From Candidatus Culexmicrobium cathedralense (lineage in GTDB: Archaea; Thermoproteota; Methanomethylicia; Culexarchaeales; Culexmicrobiaceae), in the NCBI GenBank assembly GCA_025061115.1, contig JANZKC010000002.1, positions 128,001 to 192,000 of the forward strand: a stretch of 64,000 nucleotides of DNA, given 5' to 3'. Below the pieces are notes generated by a model. The model did not search any database. It saw only the letters and a list, made by a program, of their open reading frames with translations, and was not told the origin of the DNA. Position numbers and translations under genes: made by a program. Positions 57,386 to 64,000 of this stretch are shown one piece after another (the first letter of the stretch is position 1; the number at the start of each line of letters is the position of its first letter).

Positions 57386-58990
57386 GTGACCAGGATTAAA
57401 CCGTTTAGGCACTGGGTAGATATAGTAGTTGAAGACCTACTCTCAATGAAAGTAGATAAGCACATAGTTAATGGAGGAATGGCTGCCTCAGGCCCAATAC
57501 ACATAGGCAAAACTAGAGGAGAACTCTTCATCCAAGCAGCAGTTGCAAGAGGACTAAAGAAGCGCGGAGCCGACGTAGAACACATGCTAGTAGTATACAC
57601 TCAAGACCCATTAAAAGCCAAGCCGCCCCTAACAACTCCTGAATTCACCAGGAAGTGGAAGGGAATTAGAATACTCGACGTCCCATGCCCCGAAGGATGC
57701 TGCTCAAATTGGGTTGAACATTGGATGAAGCCATTTTACGAAGTATTAGACGACTTTGGAATTGAAAACTTGAAAGTAGTGGAGACAAGCGAGCTCTACA
57801 AGGATAGAAGAATGGTTAATGCAGTAAAGCTAATCATAGAAAAAAGGAATAAGGCAAGAGAGGTTCTAAGCAGGTTTAAAGGTGCAAAGTACCCCGAAGA
57901 CTGGATACCATTCAAACCCCTATGCCCAAACTGCCACAACATCTCTACAACAAAGGCCATTTCAGTCGACCTTGAAGCAGAAAAAGTCGAATTCACATGC
58001 CCAAGATGTGGAGTAAAGGGTAAGGTTGACTTAACGCAAGGAAAGCTGGAGTGGAGGCTTGAATGGGCAGCACTATGGAAAGTGCTAAACGTAACATTCG
58101 AGCCATACGGAAAAGACCACGCAGTAGCTGGCGGAAGCAGAGATAGCTGCGCAGCCATTGCAAAGGAAGTGCTAGGAATCCAGCCCCCAAAAGGACTGGC
58201 CTACGAGTGGGTTTACGTTAATGGAAAAGCTATGTCAAGCTCGGGCGGAATCTCATTCGACTTTAATGAATGGCCCAAAATAGCTAAACCCCAAGTTCTA
58301 AAGTACTGGTACTACTCCGCCAAGCCAATGACCCACCTTGACTTCAGCCCCCTAAAAGTGCCACAACTATCAGACGAATACGATAAAGCAGAAAGAGTGT
58401 ACTTCGGAATTGAAAAGGTTAAGGAGCCCAAAATAGAAGAAAACATGAAAAGAAGCTATGAGATAGCAAACAATGAAAAGCCACCCAAGGAAATGCCAAT
58501 ACAGATACCCTACAAATTCGCAGTTATGCTGGCACAAATAATTCCAGAGAAAGAGGGATTCGGATGGAGAGCAGCTGAAAAACTAATTAAAACAGGGCAT
58601 CTTCACGAAACTCCAAGTGAAGGCGAGATAAAACAAATAGAAAGCATTCTAAGAAGAGCAGGCTACTGGGCTCGAAAGTATGCGCCGCCGCACCTAAGAA
58701 TAACAATATTGGAGAAGCTTCCCCAAGAAATTGTTAACAAGCTAAGTGAGAAAGAAAAGGAATTCCTAAGAATACTTGGCGAAAAAATCAGTGAAAGAAC
58801 GTGGATGCCAGATGAGCTGGAAGCTGAAATATACAGACTAGCCAGAGAAGTCGTTGGTATAGGGTCTAAGAGGGCATTCAAAGCAGCATATAGGGTGTTG
58901 CTAGGCAGGGAAAGCGGGCCTAGACTAGCCCCATTCATCTTAACGCTAGATGAAAAGTTCGTAATCAAAAGATTTACTGAGCTTTCCTAA
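57386..58990 (+). CDS. lysS: Lysine--tRNA ligase, class I
   Basis: SGPIHIG, CPNC/CPRC, KLEWR.EW, EPYGKDH, AMSSSGG, GPRL. Confidence 0.95.
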   Translation: MTRIKPFRHWVDIVVEDLLSMKVDKHIVNGGMAASGPIHIGKTRGELFIQAAVARGLKKRGADVEHMLVVYTQDPLKAKPPLTTPEFTRKWKGIRILDVPCPEGCCSNWVEHWMKPFYEVLDDFGIENLKVVETSELYKDRRMVNAVKLIIEKRNKAREVLSRFKGAKYPEDWIPFKPLCPNCHNISTTKAISVDLEAEKVEFTCPRCGVKGKVDLTQGKLEWRLEWAALWKVLNVTFEPYGKDHAVAGGSRDSCAAIAKEVLGIQPPKGLAYEWVYVNGKAMSSSGGISFDFNEWPKIAKPQVLKYWYYSAKPMTHLDFSPLKVPQLSDEYDKAERVYFGIEKVKEPKIEENMKRSYEIANNEKPPKEMPIQIPYKFAVMLAQIIPEKEGFGWRAAEKLIKTGHLHETPSEGEIKQIESILRRAGYWARKYAPPHLRITILEKLPQEIVNKLSEKEKEFLRILGEKISERTWMPDELEAEIYRLAREVVGIGSKRAFKAAYRVLLGRESGPRLAPFILTLDEKFVIKRFTELS

Positions 58991-59859
58991 TTCTTACCTG
59001 CGCGCAACTCCTCAACCGCTCTTTTCATCATCAAAGCATCATCCTCAAGCAAAGGAGACTCGGAAATAATGGTAAAGCGGTAGTCGTTTTCAACTATCAA
59101 TTCAGCCAGCGGATTAAAGTCTGGTCCATGCTCCAAAGATTCAAGCGGAAAATGAGATAGCTCACCTCCGGAGCCAAATGAAACTTTAGTGAAGTGCACG
59201 TGAAGCTCATCCACCACCTTTCCTCCGAGCCTCCGCTCTATCTCCATCAAAATTCTGGAGTAATCCTCTTTAGAAGTAATTGCACCTTGACCTCTAGCGT
59301 GAATGTGAGCCCAATCAACCGTTGGAACAACGTGATCTAAAGACTCGCAAATAGTTAAAATTTCATCAAGATCACCTAGCTGCTTAACCTTCCCAGTAGT
59401 TTCAGGGCTCAAATAAACCCCCTCCAGAAGCCCTTCACTCTTCGCACGCTCAATCACCTCACTTAGAGATTTAATGCAGAGCTGAAGAGCCTCGTCTTTA
59501 CCCAGCTTTCCATAATAACCTGGATGAAAAACAACAATCAATGCACCCATCCAATTAGCAGCTCTTAAAGCGCTCAGTAAGCGCTCCTTACTTGAATTCA
59601 AAATCGAATCGTCAGTCGAGCACAAATTTATGTAGTATGGAGCATGAAGTGAAAGCTCAACATCGAATTCCCTAGCATTTTCACCCAGCCGCTCAGCCTT
59701 CTCCCTACTAATTTTAACGCCCCTAACAGCCTGATACTCATATGCATCCAGCCCAATTTCCCTTAAAAATTTAGGAACATTCTCCGGCTTACCTTTAAAC
59801 TTAATAGGCTTGCCTGCAGGTCCAAACCTCAACCTACAGTCCCTATTCAAAGCAAGCAC
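58987..59859 (-). CDS. nfo: Endonuclease IV (AP endonuclease 2 family)
   Basis: FGPAG.P, SLHAPYYINL, FHPGY, ETTGK, DWAHIHAR, H.HF, ISESP.LE.DA. Confidence 0.9.
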   Translation of the reverse strand: MLALNRDCRLRFGPAGKPIKFKGKPENVPKFLREIGLDAYEYQAVRGVKISREKAERLGENAREFDVELSLHAPYYINLCSTDDSILNSSKERLLSALRAANWMGALIVVFHPGYYGKLGKDEALQLCIKSLSEVIERAKSEGLLEGVYLSPETTGKVKQLGDLDEILTICESLDHVVPTVDWAHIHARGQGAITSKEDYSRILMEIERRLGGKVVDELHVHFTKVSFGSGGELSHFPLESLEHGPDFNPLAELIVENDYRFTIISESPLLEDDALMMKRAVEELRAGKN

Positions 59860-59891
59860 ACTCCCAACATTGAGAACAAAATATTTCCAAT

Positions 59892-60581
59892 CTATGATTC
59901 AGTATAAACCGGACATTTAACTCTAACTAGAACGCCATGCTCATCAACTACTATAGCGTAAAACTCTTTGGGAGGGACACTGCAGGGAAAGCTTATTCTC
60001 ACAATTCCGCGATCAAGGCAAACATCAGATGAATTCAATTTCACCCAAAAGTCGTCATATAGTACGAAGACCTCGCAACCAGCAACTTTCACCCCAAAGC
60101 CATTAACTAGCACTTCAAGTAAAGCGGTGAAGGATCCATTAATCCAAGCTGCACGCGTCACGTTAACTTGCAGAACATAACTAAATACGCGAACAACCTT
60201 AAATTCATCACATTCAATTTCAAATTTAAAATTAGCTTGAGTAATTGAGAAACTGCAATTCCACGAGAAGCCTAATCCACCCCTCCAATTGAAATGAACA
60301 TTATACCCCATCCTGGCAAGTTGATCCACAAAATTCTGAAACTCAATTAGCCTACCAATAATTATCGAAGCATCCCCAAATCTAGAAGAAGAGGATAACG
60401 AGAATTTAACTAACCTCCTCAATTCCAAATTTAAGTTCTCAATATATGAGGGCTCGCCTACTTTCACATTCTTGATGGTCAAAGGCTGAATTGCCACTAC
60501 GCAAGTTATTAAAACTAAAAGGCTGAGAACAAGCGAAGCAATAGCATAAGCTTGAGCTCTAATCATGGCTCTCGCCAACAC
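59892..60581 (-). CDS. Minor pilin-like protein (paralog of 5526-6269)
   Basis: RA|QA class III-like signal and hydrophobic helix; probable start at the internal ATG (MIRAQ). Confidence 0.7.
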   Translation of the reverse strand: MLARAMIRAQAYAIASLVLSLLVLITCVVAIQPLTIKNVKVGEPSYIENLNLELRRLVKFSLSSSSRFGDASIIIGRLIEFQNFVDQLARMGYNVHFNWRGGLGFSWNCSFSITQANFKFEIECDEFKVVRVFSYVLQVNVTRAAWINGSFTALLEVLVNGFGVKVAGCEVFVLYDDFWVKLNSSDVCLDRGIVRISFPCSVPPKEFYAIVVDEHGVLVRVKCPVYTES

Positions 60582-60960
60582 GAACTCTCAATGCATAAAA
60601 ATTGCCGCTGGAGGGTAAAAACAACGCATAATAGACCTCACAAAGATGATTGCCACAATCACCGCCATGATAAACAACCGTGAAATCTTTGTCATAAACA
60701 GTCAGCTCAACTTCACAGCTGGGTAATATGCATTTTAAAGTCCCAAGCAAAACCTGCCAATCACCCCTACTCGCAATGGAAGTTAATACTCCAAGCTCAT
60801 CAAGCTTGAAAAGAGCGGATGAAATAGCCCTCCTATATTCCTCAACCATCAAGTTCTCCCTAGGAAAAGCTGAATATACGGCAAGAGATGCCGCGGATGC
60901 CACTAAAACGACTAGCAGAGATGTCAGTGCCTCTAAACTATGTAATTGCCCCCTATCCAC
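60559..60960 (-). CDS. Minor pilin-like protein (paralog of 6266-6664)
   Basis: RG|QL..LE signal; G.L...GD...L...L...LP......TVY pattern shared with 6266-6664. Confidence 0.78.
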   Translation of the reverse strand: MDRGQLHSLEALTSLLVVLVASAASLAVYSAFPRENLMVEEYRRAISSALFKLDELGVLTSIASRGDWQVLLGTLKCILPSCEVELTVYDKDFTVVYHGGDCGNHLCEVYYALFLPSSGNFYALRVRVGESHD

Positions 60961-61456
60961 TCCTCACCCTCTCCACTGAGACTCTTAAAACAAATAATTC
61001 ACCGCTAATCGAAACCACCCTACTTGCAGTGAAAGCCTCCCTTAAATTAGCATCACCCAATTTAAAGGCGAGATCACTTGAATCTCTAAAGAGAGGCTCC
61101 AGAGATATCTGAACTTTAAAGCGACTGTCTGAAACCCCCAATAGCCTCAATAAGTTTGAGCTGGAAAGTCGAGGTAAAGCTCTAACTTTAATTGGCGACA
61201 GAGTATAAGGCGAAGAGCAATTTGGTAAAGCAAGTCCAACCAATTCAACGCTGCTCACATTATTCTCCCAGCTAATTGGAACTCCAGGATGCAGGCAAAG
61301 CTGCTCAATTACATGCAAAGCAGCGCTCTGCTCGTCAATTTCATTCAAAAAGAGATTAGTGTAGGTGGAAACATTCACTGAAACCATGAATGAAAGAATT
61401 AAAGCTAAAAATAAAATCATGAATGCGGAGAGAACATCAAAATCAGCACTCATCAC
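60953..61456 (-). CDS. Pilus-associated protein (short paralog of 6661-7773)
   Basis: PGVPISW...VGLA...L...KVRAL matches AGQPENW...FGLS...L...KVNAL. Confidence 0.75.
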   Translation of the reverse strand: MMSADFDVLSAFMILFLALILSFMVSVNVSTYTNLFLNEIDEQSAALHVIEQLCLHPGVPISWENNVSSVELVGLALPNCSSPYTLSPIKVRALPRLSSSNLLRLLGVSDSRFKVQISLEPLFRDSSDLAFKLGDANLREAFTASRVVSISGELFVLRVSVERVRSG

Positions 61457-61457
61457 C

Positions 61458-61874
61458 TCACCCGCCCCTCAAGAGTAAATGAAGCGAGAAGCCTTCACGA
61501 ACCATGATAACGACAATTCGACTTGAAGTGCTCAAAACTTCACCACTAGCATCCGAAATAAACTCGGGAAGAATAAATGAAGATGTAACAAATGGGGAAT
61601 GCACAGTTAAGGCAGGAGCCTCCCCCTCACGCGCATCAACTCTAATCAAATAAGGCGAATTGCCAGCATACTTCGGGACAGTAATTTCAGCCCTGGCATA
61701 GCGGAAACCTTCACTTCTCATGGCGATTAAGCACATCCTATGAATTAAAACTCCAATTCTAGTACACGTGGACTCAACCACGTGACGCGCGATACACTCT
61801 TCAACTTTTAAGGACAAGTCTAAAGCCATACGACCTACAGTTGCAACTGAGATTAACGACATCAATAAAGCCAT
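61458..61874 (-). CDS. Minor pilin-like protein (paralog of 7776-8243)
   Basis: IAR...E....I and I..P......Y.I.V patterns shared with 7776-8243; the N-terminus may be frameshifted. Confidence 0.65.
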   Translation of the reverse strand: MALLMSLISVATVGRMALDLSLKVEECIARHVVESTCTRIGVLIHRMCLIAMRSEGFRYARAEITVPKYAGNSPYLIRVDAREGEAPALTVHSPFVTSSFILPEFISDASGEVLSTSSRIVVIMVREGFSLHLLLRGG

Positions 61875-61937
61875 AGCATAAAATACGGATCTAAAGGAAG
61901 CCCACCATGAATCTTCTACAAAAAATATTTAAAGCTA

Positions 61938-62120
61938 TTAGCGTGGAGAAGCAAACTCCTTACCGCACCTAGGGCACTTGACGTAGCCACACGAACCCGT
62001 AGTGGCTGATGGGCAACCGGAACAGGCAAATGCTCTTGCATATGATAAGTCAAATACGAAGCCGCAGTATGGGCAAGTTATCCTGCGACCGCCACCAAAC
62101 TTAAATTTCAACCCAACCAC
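61938..62120 (-). CDS. Small Cys-rich zinc-ribbon protein
   Basis: CPYCG..F..SY.RA.AC.GCP.....CG..KCPRCG.EF; seven Cys in 60 aa. Confidence 0.75.
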   Translation of the reverse strand: MVGLKFKFGGGRRITCPYCGFVFDLSYARAFACSGCPSATTGSCGYVKCPRCGKEFASPR

Positions 62121-62203
62121 CGAGATTGAGATACGGGAAAAGTATATTTATCCCTAACCTTCCCATATAACTCTAGTTTAAATAAAGGAAAAAGCGTGAA
62201 AAC

Positions 62204-62854
62204 TTGAAGTCCAACAAGATCGAAATTCCAGGATTCAGCGAAATATATGGTTCAATTCCAGCTGGAAGCGTAATTCTACTTCTTGGAGAGCCAGGGTCCG
62301 GAAACGACATATTCGCAATCCAAGCACTCTACAATTACGCTTTAAAAAATGGGAACGTAGCATACCTAAGTGCAGATAACCACCCAAACGACGTAATCGA
62401 CGAAATGCACGCATATGGATGGAAATTCGAAAAGGTTAAGGCTACGTGGAAGTTCATAGATGCATACTCATCATCAAACATAAAAGAGAAAATAGGAAAA
62501 CTAATATCCTACGCCAAGGAAGGCTATTGGACAGCAATAGACACCATTACCAAGCTATGGGAAACACTAAACATAACCGAAATAGTGAAGATAATCAGGG
62601 AACTAAGAGGAGCAGCTAGGAAAGGCAATGGCATCCACTTTCTGATAGCCATGAAAGGAGAAGTCGACATCAAGGACGAACGAACCATTAAGCGAGTAGC
62701 AGACGGGCTAATAGAATTAACACCCTTAACAGAAGAAAACATAGGCATAATTAGAATACTAAAAATGCGAAGAAAAGCAGGCACGTGGATAACAATACCA
62801 TACCGCATAACTAAAAGAGGAATCGAAATTGAAACTGCAATGCGCATCGTTTAG
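62204..62854 (+). CDS. KaiC-like/RAD55 ATPase with degenerate Walker A
   Basis: IPAGS.ILL.GEPGSGND (GKT replaced by GND), IDTIT, ADGLIEL, ILKMR, ITKRGIEIE. Confidence 0.85.
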   Translation: MKSNKIEIPGFSEIYGSIPAGSVILLLGEPGSGNDIFAIQALYNYALKNGNVAYLSADNHPNDVIDEMHAYGWKFEKVKATWKFIDAYSSSNIKEKIGKLISYAKEGYWTAIDTITKLWETLNITEIVKIIRELRGAARKGNGIHFLIAMKGEVDIKDERTIKRVADGLIELTPLTEENIGIIRILKMRRKAGTWITIPYRITKRGIEIETAMRIV

Positions 62855-62952
62855 AACTAAGGTGAAAAACTAAAAACATTAAACTAAAAAATAAGAAACG
62901 ATATATAATGATAAGATAAGTAAAACAATGAGAAAGCAGGTTGTGAACAGCC

Positions 62953-63375
62953 ATGATTCGAAACAGTAAAAGAAAGGGAATCTCACCAGTCATAGCAGTA
63001 CTACTACTTATAGTCATAGCAGTAGCTGCATCAGTCATCACCTACTCATGGATAACATGGTTCCTAACAGTGCAACAGCAACAGGCAGCAAGCATGATAA
63101 GAATCGAAGAAGTCGACCTAAGCGAATTACACTCAAACGAGCCAAAAATTAAGATATATGTAAGGAACATTGGAACAGTGAAAGTAACCATAGATGCCGT
63201 ATACATAAATGCTACAATACACCTGTTGACCAGCGAAGTTACAATAAATCCAGGAGAACTTGAGGAAATAACTGTGCCAATATCTGGATCGAATCTTAAA
63301 AGCGGCCATGCAATAACAATCAAAGTGGCTACAAAGGCAGGGACATTTGCCACTTATAAAGTAATCGTGCCATGA
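62953..63375 (+). CDS. Archaeal type IV pilin
   Basis: RKG|ISPVIAVLLLIVIAVAA class III signal; YVRNIG...IDAVYIN, INPGE. Confidence 0.92.
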   Translation: MIRNSKRKGISPVIAVLLLIVIAVAASVITYSWITWFLTVQQQQAASMIRIEEVDLSELHSNEPKIKIYVRNIGTVKVTIDAVYINATIHLLTSEVTINPGELEEITVPISGSNLKSGHAITIKVATKAGTFATYKVIVP

Positions 63376-63440
63376 AATTTCAGGATAAATGCGATTTAAC
63401 ACCTTGACCACTGAATTGACCTGCAGGAAGAGTGAATAAA

Positions 63441-64000
63441 ATGAATATCGAAATGATAGACCAGCTGAGAGTAGTAATTGCCATTATATCTCTCATCTAC
63501 GCTTCTTGGAAGGATTGGAAAACAAGAGAAATTCCGGACTTCATCTGGGTTATAATGTCGATAGCCGGGGCAGCTTTTTTAGCTGTTGAAATTGCATTAA
63601 CCATCGCAATAATTGAGAAATTAAAAATGCTTCTCTTAATGGTGGCATTTTCCATAATCTTCGCATTTGCCATCGGACTACTATTATTTTACTTAGACTT
63701 TTTCGGCGGAGCTGACTCCAAAGCCCTCATGGCGCTAAGCATCCTAATGCCACTATCGCCCAAACTAGAGTTGAATATGGTTGGAAACCACCCATTCATA
63801 CCGGTAGCAGTATTCAACAACTCAGTTATCATGGCATCCCTAATGTCCATAGTAATGGTAATTAGAAATTTAATCGAAAAAGCAAGTGGAGAAGAATTGT
63901 TCAAAGGGCTAGAAAGCGAAAACTCATGGAAAAAAATCTTGGCAATGATAACTGGATACAAAATTCCAGCAACCAAGCTAAAAGAGAAGCAGTTCACCTA
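63441..64000 (+). CDS. Prepilin/prearchaellin peptidase (A24, PibD/ArlK-like), 3'-partial, not in ORF track
   Basis: Translation contains ASWKDWKTREIPDFIW and FFGGADSKALMAL (both catalytic Asp); the frame runs off the window end. Confidence 0.92.
   Translation, partial: MNIEMIDQLRVVIAIISLIYASWKDWKTREIPDFIWVIMSIAGAAFLAVEIALTIAIIEKLKMLLLMVAFSIIFAFAIGLLLFYLDFFGGADSKALMALSILMPLSPKLELNMVGNHPFIPVAVFNNSVIMASLMSIVMVIRNLIEKASGEELFKGLESENSWKKILAMITGYKIPATKLKEKQFT

Noticed and set aside
142-63997. Many 60-185 aa ORFs in the track overlapping recognised genes (e.g. 142-606, 1203-1637, 10243-10710, 42545-43099, 63689-63997)
   Set aside because: They are antisense or off-frame shadows of well-supported genes, favoured by the skewed composition, and carry no motifs.
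1-64000. CRISPR arrays, tRNA/rRNA genes, transposases, integrases, selenocysteine or pyrrolysine readthrough
   Set aside because: No regularly spaced repeats, cloverleaf motifs or recombinase motifs were seen, and recognised genes end at family-typical positions regardless of stop codon.

Overview
64 kb of compact archaeal chromosome, most likely a TACK/Thermoproteota lineage. This is inferred from rps26e, class I LysRS, tetraether synthase, CofE, archaeal GTPBP and C/D and H/ACA guide RNAs. Main content: (1) a type IV pilus locus at 1.9-13 kb (major pilin, assembly ATPase, TadC-like platform, five minor pilin-like genes, two atypical pilin paralogs); (2) a second, paralogous four-gene minor-pilin cassette at 59.9-61.9 kb, next to a degenerate KaiC-like ATPase, another pilin and a prepilin peptidase; (3) a complex-I-like group 4 [NiFe]-hydrogenase (A-B-C-large-H-I / J-J-K-N-like / L / M) split into four same-strand blocks and interleaved with the membrane arm of an A/V-type ATP synthase; (4) housekeeping genes. 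Features missing from the ORF track and found by reading the sequence: a ribbon-helix-helix gene (16349-16522), the prepilin peptidase, an M20 peptidase pseudogene, a C/D box sRNA whose guides match the 16S 530-loop region, and a directly abutting C/D + H/ACA RNA pair whose pocket matches 23S helix 93. No tRNA, rRNA, CRISPR array or transposase was seen. All calls come from motif recognition by eye; no searches were run.
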